A DNA stretch of 64,000 bases from Octopus vulgaris (lineage: Eukaryota): NCBI GenBank assembly GCA_951406725.2, contig OX597821.1, positions 82,522,001 to 82,586,000 of the forward strand. Reading direction: 5' to 3'. Made by a program: the position numbers and the translations under genes. Shown in pieces: positions 12,690 to 26,870 of this stretch (the first letter of the stretch is position 1; each line of letters opens with the position of its first letter). Under the pieces are notes generated by a model. It ran no database searches and was not told the origin of the DNA. It worked only from the letters and a program-made list of their open reading frames with translations.

Positions 12690-13631
12690 GCGGACATGCA
12701 TAAGCTTATAAGAAATGAAGTCAGTATGCTCCGCTGGATGTGTAATGTCAGTGTGCATACTCAACAGAGTGTGAGTAACTTGAGAGAAAAGTTGGACCTA
12801 AGAAGCATCAGATGTGGTGTGCAAGAGAGACGACTGCGCTGGTATGGTCATGTGGTGAGAATGAATGAGGATAGCTGTATGAAAAAGTGCCACACCCTAG
12901 CAGTTGGGGGAACCTGTGGAAGAGGTAGACCCAGAAAGACTTGGAATGAGGTGGTGAAGAACAACCTTTGAGGCAATGACTAGTGACCGAGACCTTTGGA
13001 AATATGCTGTGGTTGAGAAGACCCAGAAAGCCAAGTGAGACCATAACCCGTGGCCTATGCCAAGGGTGTAACCAGCCCACTTATGCATACCTTTCCTTCG
13101 TGGGACACTAAACTCTGCTTGCGAAGACCTGTTGAGGCAAGGGAAATCGACATTGAAATCAAGTTTGATGACTGGCATCCGTGCTAGTGGAGCGCTAACA
13201 GCTCCATCCAAGCAGGATCACTGCCAGAGCAGCTGTCTGGCTTCCACGCTGGTGGCATGTAAAAAGCACCATTTGAGCATGATCATTACTAGCATCGCCT
13301 TACTGGCACTTGTGCCGATGGCACGTGAAAAAATATTCGAGCGAGGTCGTTGCCAGTGCTGCTGGACTGGCTCCTGTGCAGGTGGCATGTAAAAAACACC
13401 ACTTGAGCATAGCCATTGCCAGTACCCACTGACTGGCCCTCGTGCCGGTGGCACATAAAAGCACCCACTACACTCTCAGAGTGGTTGGCATTAGGAAGGG
13501 CATCCAGCTGTAGAAACTCTGCCAGATCAGATTGGAGCCTGGTGCAGCCATCTGGTTTACCAGTCCTCAGTCAAATCGTCCAACTCAAGCCAGCATGGAA
13601 AGTGTACGTTAAACGATGAAGATGATGATGA
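12690..13631 (+). mobile_element. RTE-clade LINE, 5'-truncated (ORF C-terminus, 3' UTR, (GAT)n tail)
   Basis: EVSMLRWMCNVS...RRLRWYGHVVRM...GRGRPRKTW is the typical RTE ORF C-terminus. Confidence 0.92.
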
Positions 13632-13657
13632 TATATGTTCATATATATATATATATA

Positions 13658-13879
13658 CTTTATTTAAAGCAGCAGAAAATTCAACAAAATCTGTTACTCT
13701 GAGTTTCTCATAGCGTTCATCAGACATTCTAGCAAAAACTGTCTGATGAACAGCAATGAGAAACTGAGAGTAACAGATTTTGTTGAATTTTCTGCTGCTT
13801 TAAATAAAGCATATTACTCTACCACTGGTATTTGAGTACTCTTTTTTTCCACCTTGTTTCACATTTATGTGTTTACTCC

Positions 13880-13881
<2 letters not shown>
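13658..13881. mobile_element. (TA)n-embedded Penelope-like element with inverted arms of about 70 bp, each carrying a minimal hammerhead motif
   Basis: Arms 13658-13726 and 13740-13809. Plus strand: ctgt CTGATGA acagcaatga GAAAC tgaga GTA acag. Minus strand: tgt CTGATGA acgctatga GAAAC tcaga GTA aca. Confidence 0.75.
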
Positions 13882-13933
<52 letters not shown>

Positions 13934-14483
13934 GGTGCAGTCCAGTGAGAGAAACAAATAAATCTTCAAGAAAAAAAAATAAAGAATGCAATGAAAAAAA
14001 TTCCACTTTCTTGAGTTTCTGCTTAAAGAGAAAATAATATTAGTGTATTAAAATTTCTTTCTTTTTAAAAGAAATATTTACATTTGTCTTTCAGGCGTTT
14101 TAATATCTGCCACTTTGAAAGAATATTCTCCTCCACACCAAATTGTAGATGACCAGCAAATATATGGGATGTATTCATTAAGTATATGTGGTTGATAATG
14201 ATGATTATTATACTAGTGCTGTTTCTTTTTCTTATTTGAATTTCTTCTTATGTATGCATTGTGTGAGCATATCTGAATATAGCTTCCATGCTATATGCAT
14301 ATAAGCCATGGACTGGCAATTTGATTTATCTCATTTCCAATGTTGATAAGCCACAAAAATGGTGAAGCATCAACGTCCATTTTTGGGATTGGAGGTGAGT
14401 TATCTCGCTTGTCTATGACTTTCATGTGTTTTAACACTGGCAAATACACGATGGTAATATGTTACATATATGTAGTTGATAAT

Positions 14484-14485
<2 letters not shown>

Positions 14486-14524
<39 letters not shown>

Positions 14525-14669
14525 CATATATATATATATACATATATATATACACACACATATATATATATACATATATACACACACACATATTGATAAT
14601 GTTTATATATATATATATATACATACATATATATGTTTATATATATATACATACATATATGTTTTTATA

Positions 14670-14707
<38 letters not shown>

Positions 14708-14782
14708 CATACATATATATACATATATATACATACATATATATACATATATATATATACACACATATATATATATACACAC

Positions 14783-14814
<32 letters not shown>

Positions 14815-14820
14815 ACATAT

Positions 14821-14870
<50 letters not shown>
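14486..14870. repeat. Compound (TA)n/(CA)n/(GA)n microsatellite
   Basis: Directly visible. Confidence 0.95.
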
Positions 14871-15600
14871 CTATCTGTCTTTCTCATAAAGAATGTATTT
14901 CTGATCTACTGAACACTATATAGATAATATAATACTTCTATCTTTTCTCTCATGCTAGAACATTTTGCTTTTTCATTCTCTCAATATCACATGACTTTTC
15001 AACTGCTACCAGTTTCCTAACCATTCTCACATTGATTTCTACTTAACCACTCTCTTGATAATGAATTCATCTAAGAAAGAACTGATTCAACTGGATTTAG
15101 TTGAACCCTCCTATCCTCCTGAATATAATGAACCATAATGAACTGTAATGCATATCCTTAAAGAGGAGCTTTCCTTCTACTGTCTCTCACACATTTCTTC
15201 ATACAGTTCTCAGATGATACCTGGTTTATAAAGTCTTCATAATATAATGATCCAAAGCACGGGACATCTCAAGAACAGCTGTCAGAGACTATCGCTACTA
15301 TTTTTACTAGTTTTGCATTATTTTACTATTTTTAGATTGAATTAAATGAATTTAAATGCCATAGTCCTTCCTTGACTAACTGTTTGTCTTCCTCACTACT
15401 TTAACTGATACCTACTGACTCAGAAGTAAGCCACCAACCAACAATTTTTTTCAAACAAGACTTTCACACAACCCCAATTCCAGCTGCTGCTCTAAAAGAC
15501 ATTTTGGTGAATTACCTATTGGAACACTCAGAACGCATACCTATTAGTTTGGATTTTCTTGGCCTAAACTCCTCATATCTTGTATCTATCTATCTATATA

Positions 15601-15968
15601 TACTCTTTTACTTGTTTCAGTCATTTGACTGTGGCCATGCTGGAGCACTGCCTTTAGTCAAGCAAATCTACTCCAGGACTTTGTAAGCCTAGTACTTATT
15701 CAATCGGTCCCTTTTGCCGAACCGCTAAGTTATGGGGACATAAACACACCAGCATTGGTTATCAAGCGATGTTGGGGGGGACAAACATACACATGTACAT
15801 ATATATGACGGGCTTCCTTCAGTTTCTGTCTACCAAATCCACTCACAAGGCTTTGGTCGGCCCGAGGCTATAATAGAAGACACTTGCCCAAGGTGCCATG
15901 CAGTGAGACTTAACACAGAACCATGTGGTTGGTAAGCAAGCTACTTACCACACAGCCACTCCTACACC
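15601..15968 (-). mobile_element. Family-A tRNA-SINE, near full length
   Basis: Reverse complement of 61695-62093. Confidence 0.9.
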
Positions 15969-17962
15969 TATATATATATAAACACACATACACGTGCGTG
16001 CATGTGCTGCATATGTATGTCTTTGTGTTTGTGATTGTCCCCACCACCAACTACTGTTGGCTTCTTTACATACCTATACCTTAGCAGTTCATTAAAGGAG
16101 ATCAATAGAATGAGTAGCAGACATAAAGCAAATACTGGGGTTGGTTTGTTTGACTGAATCTTTCAAGGATGTGCTCCAGAATGGCCACAGTCCATTGACT
16201 GAAACAAGCAAAAGTTCAAGAATAAAAATTAAGAATGCAATAAAAAAAAATTGCACTTTCTTCCATTAATGTTGAAATAAAAATAAAACTAGTGTATTAA
16301 AATTTATTTCTTTTATAAAAAAAAGTATCAATATTTGATTGTTGTCTTCTTAGGCTTCTCCATTTTTTCTCTTTAGCCACTTAACACTGTCGTTGTAGAT
16401 ATTCTAACACTTCAGTCCACTGAGCTAGCAAAATAAGTAATTGTCCAACAGACTGGCGTCACATCCAGGGGGAAATATATGCGCCACAGAAACCAGGAAA
16501 CAGACCCTATGACTTGGGGAAGAACTTTATGATTCCTCCATCACCATCATCAAATCTCACTTTCTTGCCATTTGTACAATTCTGTAAGTTAGGCACAAGG
16601 CCTGAAATTTTTGGAGAGTCGATTAAATCGACCTCAGTATGCACCTGGTACTTAATCTATCGACCCCGAAAGTTTGAAAGACAAAGTCGACCTCAGTGGA
16701 ATTTGAACTCAGAACACAAAGACAGACGAAATACCACAAAGCATTTCGCCCAGTGTGCTAACGTTTCTGCCAGCTCACTGCCTTATTTGTACAAATCTAT
16801 TGTTCAGCTTCTCGCTAAGGGCTTTCCTCAGCTACATTTAGACACGATTTTTTCCAAGCTCCAATGAGACGTAGTAACTTCAATTTATATTTTTGCTTGA
16901 ATACTGTAATTTTTCCAGAATCCTTTGACGATCTGTTGTTTAGTCCTTAAGACTTGTAAAGCTCTTCTAAAGTTATGACTTGGTAAGGGAGATAACTCCG
17001 TGATTCTTAGGCAGTAGTTGTTATATTGCGTTTCATGGAATAAAAACGACTTCAATGTGTGGACGCTTGTTTATAAGACAACCAGCTGTAGAGAAAGTAG
17101 ATACACTTGGAGGAGAGAAGAAGAGAATTTTTGATCAAGAGTAACTGGATGTCTTTGTTGCTAATATCCAAGTGAGAGATGAAAGACAGGGAGGATGAAT
17201 TATATGTATGCAAGACACCATCTTTGCTAGCCAGGCTCCACTTTTCATTCAAACATTATCAGAGGTGGACTGACTTGAAAGATAGTTGTAAAATTTGGTT
17301 TGGGGAGGTTAAAAAGCAGGATGGAAGTTTTAAATGTAAGCAAGAGGTGATGATATAATGCTATTTTATATTAATAAGGATTCTAATCACCAACCTAATA
17401 TTTCCTGTAATCCAACACTCAAATATAGTAGATGGATATCATCTTTGTTTTCACCACTTTTACAACAGTTTGCACTTCTATAATGAAACATTTAATCCTT
17501 TTTTTTATATTGGCAGCATTTAGGAATCGTAAATGGCACCCACGAGTCACAGTCATTGCCAGTGCTGTACAAAAGGCACCCATGAATCGTCGTGGTCACT
17601 ACTGATGCCTTGTAAATGGCACCCACCAGAGTCATAGTCGTGGTCGTTGTTGGTGTCATGTAAATGGCACCCATTCTGGTGGCACATAAAAAGCATCCAT
17701 TACACTCTTGGAGTGATAGGTGTTAGGAAGGGCATGCAGCTGTGCCAAATCAGACTGGAACCTGGTGCAACTCTCCCGCTCATCAGCTCCAGTTAAACTG
17801 TCTAACTCATGCCAGCATGGAGAGCAAACGTTAAAATGATGTTTATAATGTTCTCGCTATTTTAGGATTCATCATCTTTTCAACTAAATTCCACTATTGG
17901 ATTTTTGTACCATTAAAGTAAACAATTCACCGGGTTAGGTGCCATTTTCAGCAGGTCAAGTT

Positions 17963-18597
17963 CATCGTCATCGTTTAACGTCCACTTCCCATGCTAGCAT
18001 GGGTTGGACAATTTGATTGAGGACTGGCGAACCAGATGGCTGCACCAGGCTCCAATCTTGATCTGGCAGAGTTTTCTACAGATGAATGCCCTTCCTAACG
18101 CCAACGACTCAGAGTGTAGTGGGTGCTTTTATGTGCCATGCCCAAATGGTATTTTTTTTACGTGCCACCTACACAAGTGCCAGTAAGGTGACGCTGGTAA
18201 CAACCACACTTGAATTGTGCTTTTTACGTGCCACCGGCACAGACGCCAGTTGGGCAATGAACATGCTCAGACGATACTCTTAGTGCTCCACTAGCACAGA
18301 TACCAGTCATCGAATTTGATTTCGATTTCACTTGCCTCAACAGGTCTTAACAAGCAGTGTCCAATGAAGGAAAGATATGCATAAGTGGACTGGTTACACC
18401 CCTGGCATAGACCACAAGGTTATGGTCTCATTTGGCTTGCCAGGTCTTCTCAAGCACATCATATTTCCAAAAGTCTCGGTCACTAGTCATTGCCTTGGTG
18501 AGGCCTAATGTTCGAAGGTCGTGCTTCACCACCTCATCTCAGGTTTTCCTGGGTCTATCTCTTCCACAGGTTCCCTCATCTGCTAGGATGTGGCACT
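17963..18597 (-). mobile_element. RTE LINE 3' fragment
   Basis: Reverse-complement similarity to 12890-13630 (ggaagagatagacccaggaaaacctgagatgaggtggtgaag and 3' UTR). Confidence 0.85.
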
Positions 18598-21500
18598 ACC
18601 CGGTATATCTGTGAGAAAGATATTATCACATAGAGGAAACATTTTCATGCATAACATGTGACCTCTGAATTATGCTATGAAATGGGAAAAGGTTAACAGA
18701 AAAAGAAACACAAACAACATAAGCTTTCATTTTTTTTTTTTCAAAACAAAATTTTAATTTGATAACATCAATCACAAAACAGACAATTCCTTGGCAAAGT
18801 TTATTAAAATGGGACCAGGCATTCACTTTGCTGTAAACATGCAGGAGAGACCCTTCTTGAAGGTCTCACTTGACACAATGAAGTCAGTGAAGATGAAATC
18901 AGACAAACTACTCAACGAATATGCACAACTAGTGAATCGGAAGGTCACTTTGGAAATCTTTAGTTTTTCATAATCATTTCATTTTGTAAAGCAACCAAAT
19001 CATTGTTTAATAATCATAATAATAATAATAATATTGTCTAATTTAGAGGCAATTTTGAGAGAGGGGTAGTTGATTATACAAAAACCCCAGTACTTAAACA
19101 GGTACTTTATTTTACCAACCCCAGAGAGGATGAAAAGTAAAGTTGACCTAGGCAGGATTTGAACTCAGAATGCAAAGAACAAGAATAAATACTGTAAGGC
19201 ATTTTATCTGGCTCTCTAATGATTCTGCCAATATCTACCATCCTAATAATAATTAACAACAACAACAGCTTATGCAATCATGAAAAAAATATATAAAGTG
19301 AAGAAAAAAACACCAGAAAAAGGACAACAAGAAAAATTTGAGAAAAATAAATTAACTGGTTTTTGTTTCATTTGATTAAAATGAATTTAGTTTAAAAGCT
19401 TTTAAACTGTAATCTATTTAAAGAGAGACTTTAAAGTCAAACAATACCCAAAATGAATTATTTTTCAACTACACTTACATAAATTTCATTGTTTATTATT
19501 ATGCAATACTTTTGAAAGTAACATCAGAGCTCAAAATTAACTTTATATAATTTAATAAAGCCACACTTAGACGAAAGAATTTAACATTTGTTTTAAATAT
19601 TCAAGTTGATAATTAACAATAATGATTAAAATATAATTAAAATAATAATTATAAAAAAAAAACCCATTATATTAATTTCATTTCAATTATTTATTTTTTT
19701 AAATTCCAAACACTTCATAATTATTTCCTGTGACCTTTAAATCAAAGTCATTTAAAAGATTTTGGATCTTAAATATGGCACCAATTCTTAAATATTTGGT
19801 GAGACAGCAGCTGAAGATCTGAACAAGCAGGAATAATTTGAAATTCTTTTCACACGAAGACTAATGCATTCAAGAATTTCAAAGTAATTCCTGCTTTGAC
19901 ATTAGTATGACAAAAAGGTAGTAAAGATGATCAACAACAACAACAACACACATATATCACACATCACACACACACTGCATTTTCAAACAATTCCACAGAA
20001 CACAACACCCTGCATGGTCAAAATTTACTCATTTGTTAGAGGTAGATTATCAATATGTTATCACAATATTGTTGCACCTGAAATTTTACACCGAGAACGT
20101 AGAAGTTTGAGGAGAACGAGTCAAGATGAGTCCTCGATAGATATTTATGTAATAGAAGCACCATAATGAATAAAATTTTCAGATTTTTGTAATGAGAAGT
20201 GATCAGGGGAGAAAACTCTTGAACGAGCGAATGACTTAGGTAAGAGTTATCACAGGAATGCTTAAATCAACTCTGAACAAAGAAGGAAAATGGTGCTACT
20301 GTGGTGATGATACATAGAACAGTAATGCAGGGAATGGACAGGTAGCTCTTAACAAACAAACAAACAAAAAAAAAAGGGAGCACAGAAGCATTCACTGAGC
20401 AGAATTTCACAATACTGCCCGGAGGTGAAAACATTTCTGTTTAAAACAACATTAGCACCAACAACACAGATCCATACGGTTTTTAAAAATATAACCCCGA
20501 AAAAATAAAAAAACCCACTTCAGTTATAAATTAAAGCAGATGACAGAAGTGAAACAAGTATTAAGAGCAAAACTGTAAGTGGAAGGGAAGTTAAAAAAAA
20601 AAAAAAAGGGAAGAGCAAAAAAAAAACAAAAAAACACAGACATTTTTGAGATGAGATAATAAATATCAATGACTTTGTCTCTTCCCTTTGATAGAGTTTA
20701 TAAAACAATTATGTTATAATCATCATATAAAAATGGTTCTTCCAGCAATGGAGAAGGTTTTCATAAAATGTAGTAAGAAAAATTTCTGCTACTAATACAA
20801 AGAAATTATGCAGGTTTTTAAGCCAAGATGGTTTAATTTAATCCTTCAATTAATCATCATCAACAGCAGCATTGTCACTCTTCTGATGCAGTCTATTACA
20901 ACAAACTTTAATAAATGGTCATAATCTTGTATAAAAAAAAAAAAGGCAGTTGTACCAAAGTAATATCAACATTATATCAAATAGTAACAATAATAATTGT
21001 TTCAAAATTGTTGCACAAGGCCAGCAATTTTAGGCAACAACCCCAGTACATGATTTTATTCAGCCTCAAAAGAATAACAGGTAAAATTGTACCTAGAGGG
21101 ATTTGAACTTAGAATGTAGACAGCCAGAAAAAATATCATAAACATGGGGCCAGAAATTCGGGGGTGGCACAAGTGCTAACATATTGAAGGAGTGCAGTCA
21201 ATTTAATTGCCCCATAACCCAATACTCAACAAGTACACGATATTTCAACCCTGGAAGGATGAAAGGTAAACTTAACATCAAAGATATTTGAACACAGAAT
21301 GCAATTAAATTCCACAACTCATTTTGTTTGGCACTCTAATGGTTCTGCCAGTGAACCACCCTAGTACAATAATAATGATACTGTCTACCCTAGGCACAAG
21401 GCCTGAAATTTTGGGGGACTAGTTGATTACATCAACCCCAGTGTTTCACTGGTACTTTATCAACCCCAAAAGGATGAAAGGTAAAGTCGACTATGGCAGA

Positions 21501-24500
21501 ATTTGAACTCAGAATGTAGCAGCAGACAAAATACGGCTCCGTATTTCGTCTGGTGTGCTAACAATTCTGCCAGCTTGCCACCTTAGTAATAATAATAAAG
21601 TTTTAACATTGGCACAATTCTACAAGTTTTGAGCAGGACATAATTAAATAAACAGCCCAGTATATATTTTTTTTGTGTATATTCCTTTTGTTCTTAAATA
21701 TTGTGTGTGTATATACACATGTTTCATTCTTTTTTGTGTATATTCCTTTTTTTCTTAAATATTGCGTGTGTATACATAAAAGGATTTGTGCGTATGTTTA
21801 GTGTAGACACGGAGAGAGTCTGTAAACAGAAATGAAATCAGTGATTTTTTTATTTTTTGCAGTGTAGTCCGTCACATTAAATAGTGTGATTTATTTTCAC
21901 TCTGCAGTATATATATGTGTGTGCTACAAGTAACTATGTATGTATGTATTGCTTTCTTTATCGACTTCAGAAGGTTGAAAGATATGGAGATGAGAAGGAA
22001 AAGAAATAGGATAATATAGTGTAAGGCATGTCATCCAGTGTAGCACCAATTCTCAGAATGATAACAATTTAAGTACAAGGCCAGCAGTGTGGAATGGAGA
22101 AATAGATTGTCAATTACAGTGACCCTCATACTTCACTAGTAGTTTATTTTATTGTTATGAATTCATAATAAGAATTCTTCCAAATTTTGGCACAAGGCCT
22201 GCAATTTTAGGTTGAGTAAGATTATTTGATTACATAGATTTAACTGGTACTTATTTTATCCATCCTGAAAGGATGAAAAGCAAAGCCAACTGCAGAACAC
22301 GAAGCCAGAAGAAATGTGACCAAGTATTTCATTTGGTATGCTAATGATCCTGCCAGTTAACTATAATAATTATTGTCATCGTTTCTACTATATGCACAGG
22401 GCCTGGAATTTTGTGGGAGGAGGTCTAGTTGATTTGAACATAGAACATGTGAAATGCCACAAAGAATTTTGTTTGGCATCCTAATAATTCTGGCAGATCA
22501 CCTCCTTAATAACACCTTTCTACTATAGGCAAAGGCATGAAATTTGGGGGAGAGGGCAAGTCGATCACATCAACCCCTGGTACATATTTCACCAACCCTG
22601 AAAGGATAAAAGGCAAACTTGACCTTAGCAAAATATTAACACAGAATATGAAGATAGACAAAACCCTGCTAAGTATTTGGTTCTGTGTGCAAACAATTCT
22701 GCCAAGTTGCTACCTTAATAGTAATAAGTTCTTGTATAGGCACAAGGTCAGAAATTTGGGAAGAGAAGTTAGCTGGGGGGTTTAAAAAAAAAAGGCTCCA
22801 ATACTTGATTAGTACTTTGTTTTATCAATCCAGGTAGAATGAAAGACAATGTTGATTTCAGCCGAATAATGAACACAGAATACAAAGAATTGGAACAAAT
22901 ACTATAAGGCATTTTATCTGACATGTTAACAGACCTACTATTACTAATAATAATAATCATAGTTTCTAATCTAGACACAAGACCAGCAATTTTAGGAGGG
23001 AATTAGTTGATACCATCAATTCCCAGTAATTGATTGGCCCTTTATTTTATCAACTCCTGATGGATGAAAGGTGAAGTTTACTTCACTAGGATTTGAAGTC
23101 AGAAATTAGAAAAATAGAAACAAATACCGAAAAAGCATTTGTCCAATGCTCTAATAATTCAGCTAATCCACTGTATTTATCATAACAATAACTGTTTCTG
23201 ATTTAGAGTGGTGGTGGTGGTAAAGTCAGTAGCATCTACCTTAGTAGACTGATACTTATTTTATTGACTCTGAATGGAAAGGCAAAGTTGATCTGAATGC
23301 AAAGAACTGGAAGAAATACAATAAAGCATTTTTCCAACACTTTGATGAATCTGTTAATAAAAACCTTTTTCATTCCAACCCACCTGAGATTGACTGCCCC
23401 CCCCCCCCCGCTGATATAAATGTCCTGTTTTAAAATGATTTAAATTAAAACTTTCCACCAAAACTTCATGTTAATTTATTATGTTCCAGACTCCAGATTA
23501 ATTATGACAAAATTATTTTATTAAATACTTAAGTTTTTTAAAATTAATCAAAACAAAAGCACTTCCATAGAAAAATGGTAACAAGAAGATCAATGATTCT
23601 TAACTAACGGCACAAGGTTTGAAATTAGGAAATGGTAAAGGTTAGTTGGTTTTATTATTCTTAGTACATGGCTATTACTTGGTTTTCGTGGCCCCAAAAT
23701 GTAAAGGGATGTAACTAATTAACAAAATGCAATCCACCTGCAACTGTACCAATTGCATCGATCTAATTGCCCTCTCTAATAATATTTTTTTTTTGTGGAA
23801 AGGAAAAAAAAAAAAAAAGAAACTAAAAGCCATCGAATCAGCCGAAGTAATCTCACAGCTAATTATTTTAGGGGTTGAACTTGAGGGGTTGAAAGTCATA
23901 TCAATCAATCATGGCAGGATTTGAACTCTGAAATTGTGTCTACATGAAACTCTACTTCACTCTTCTCCATATCATATAACAATAACAGTAATGACAATGC
24001 TGCTGCTGCTGATGGTAATGAACCTTAACAATGATGATAACTAAGACAGGCACAAGCCTACAAATTTGAGAGCAGGGGTTAGTCAATTATAGTAACCCCT
24101 AAATACTTAATTAGTTTGTTCTTTTTTTTTATTATTAACTCCAGAAGGATGAAAGATTAAAGTCCCCTTCAGTGGTAGAGGGGTGATTTGAACTCGCACA
24201 CAAAGTGGTGTAAGCAAATACCGCAAGGCATTTTGTCTACTGCTCTACCATTTTTGCCAAAACCACTCTTTAATACATTATTATAACAATATCTAAACAG
24301 AGGAACTTAGCTTAAATATGGGACACACAGCAAAAGAAAAGAGAAAAAAAAAAAGAAGAAAAAAGTTTATTAGAACAAGTTATCAAAGCCAAAATGACCA
24401 ATGAATTATAAAATATCAAACCAAGGAAATATCAAATAACACATACTACCAAAATGTTTTTTGTTGTTTTTCCATATCTTCGCTTTGCTTTGTGGATTTG

Positions 24501-24747
24501 ATCCATTTTTGTTTTTAAAAAATAATTTGTGGCATAGTCATCATATAATATAATTCTTTAATAAATGACATATTTTTGTGGCAACATTTCAGCCATCATA
24601 ACTTTTAGAGTTGAATTTCAAAAACGTTTCAACACAGCATTTTAACATATAATGAATAGAATTAAATAACAATTATTAGAAACATGATAAAAAGTCAAGG
24701 AACTTTTTTTCTGTGTATACAGATTCCTGAGAAGTTTCCAAAAGAGC

Positions 24748-24783
<36 letters not shown>

Positions 24784-25899
24784 CATGATAATAATAATTC
24801 AAAAAAAGGCTCAAGGCCTGAAAATTGGGGATTAGGGGTGAGTCAATCACATTGATCCTTATACTCAAGTAGTACTTACTTCATTAACCCTAAAAGGAAG
24901 AAAAGCAAAGCAAACCTCGGGTGGATTTTAATAATAATAATAATAATAATAATGACAATGGTTTCAAATTTTGGACAAAAGGTCAGCATTTTTCAGGGGC
25001 CAGGGTCAAGTTGATTATATCAACTACAGTGTTCAACTAGTACTTCTTTTATTGACTTCAGAAGGATGAAAAGCTCAGTCAGCCACAATGAGATTTGAAC
25101 TCAGAACATAGCGGCATGAAATACCACAAAGCATTTTGCCCAGGATGCAAACAATTCTGCCAGCTCACCACCTGAATAATAATAATAACAATAATAATCC
25201 TTTCACTGTAGGCACATGGTCTGAAACTTTGGGGGAAAGGGGGAGGGGGCAGTCAATTGCATTGACCCCAGTGCATAACTGGTACTTATTTCATCGAATA
25301 ATAATAATAATAATGGTTTCAAATTTTGCCACAAGAGCATGAATTTTGGGGGTAGGGATGAGTCAATTACATCAACCCCCAGTGTTTCACTGGTACTCAA
25401 TTGATCAACCCTGAAACGATGAATGGTGAAGTTGATCTGATTAGAATTTGAACTCAGAACACAGTGACAGGTGAAATACTGCTAAGTATTTTGCTCAGCA
25501 TGCTAACAATTCTGCCAGTTCACCACCTGAATAATAATGATAATGATAATAACTTCTAGCACCGGCACAAAATGAAAATTTCTTATTAAGGATATACTCT
25601 TAAAAAAGAAACAATGCTCTTTTTACTTAGGTGCAATTTAACTATGATATTATAAGAGGGAAGTGAAGAATTATATGTGTCACACAAGACATTATCAGAG
25701 GCATTGGAAGTTTGTCATGATGTGAATGAATTCTACATAGGAAATGAAGCCAAATTTGAACCCTATTCTAGGAGATTCACACTTGCAGCACAGAGAGAGC
25801 GAGCAGTGGTCTTCATGAGGCCATGTGCCAAGTGAAATTGCTGGGTTTACTTCACAAGTTGTGAAATTTGTGATTTTGTGATCACATATATGCTATGGT

Positions 25900-26870
25900 C
25901 AGCAAATTTGTCATGGACAGGAACAAAGACCCAACGTGAAATTTTGCATTAAACTTGAGAAGTCTGCTAGAGACATTGACCATATTTTGGCAAGCTTACG
26001 GCAATGAGCTGTATGCAATGTTTCAAGTAACAGGGCACTTCAAAATGCAGAACATCCCTGGAAGATGATGAGCTATCTGGAATACTTGCCACAAGCATCA
26101 CCCCTGGAAATGTGGCATTGGGCCAGAGCATCAATCAAGGTTTCTACTGTGACTTCTTGAAGCATTTGAAGGATGACATTTGGTGAAAGTGACTGGATCT
26201 TTCGAGGTCAAAGAATTGGATTCTTTACTTTTGAGTTTCTCACCAGAAACATGGTTTCCCTTCTGCACCCTCTCCCCCTATTCACCAGATTTAGCACCTG
26301 TGGACTTCCAGCTCTTCCTCAAGATGAGAATGCAGCTCAAAGGTTGCCGTTTTAACATCATTGTCGGGATTCATAGCGAATCACAGAAAGTCCTCAACTT
26401 GCTTACAGGAAACAACTTCCAGGACAGATTCCAAAAGAGGCAGGATCGCTGGGACCAATGTATTGCTGTGCAAGGGGACTATTTCGAAGGAGATGTTAAC
26501 ACTTAGGTAAATTGTTTGTTCCTTCTTGAGCCATGTCTGGCTCATAGGGCCGGTTTCCTGGTTTCCTTGGTGTATAGGTTCCGCACCTGGACGGGACGCC
26601 AGTCCGTCGCAGGTGAGCTGAAAAATGCAGGAGGAGAGAGTGAGAGAAAGTTGTGGCGAAAGAGTCAGCAGAAGTTCACCATTACCTTCTGCTGGAGCTT
26701 AGGTGTTTCGCTCATAAACACACACATCGCCCGGTCTGATATTCGAACCTGTGATCCTTCGACCGCGAGTCCACTGCTCTAACCACTAGGCCATGTGCCT
26801 CCACTTAGGTAAATAAGTTGTTTTTTTTTTATAAAACATAACTAGTCCAGGAACCTTATGATACCACCTC
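25900..26870 (+). mobile_element. Decayed, internally deleted mariner transposon (left boundary uncertain)
   Basis: PYSPDLAPVDFQLF and RWDQCIAVQGDYFEGD motifs; frameshifted N-terminal HTH remnants; TIR-like right end ccaggaaccttatgataccacctca-ta. Confidence 0.85.
26513..26801 (-). mobile_element. Young tRNA-derived SINE inserted in the mariner, with target-site duplication
   Basis: Head ggaggcacatggcctagtggttagagcagtggactcgcggtcgaaggatcacaggttcgaat; (AAAC)-type tail; TSD CACTTAGGTAAAT at 26500-26512 and 26802-26814; CpGs retained. Confidence 0.9.

Noticed and set aside
14340-14912. YI-repeat ORFs, and similar HT/VC ORFs elsewhere
   Set aside because: Dinucleotide microsatellite artefacts.
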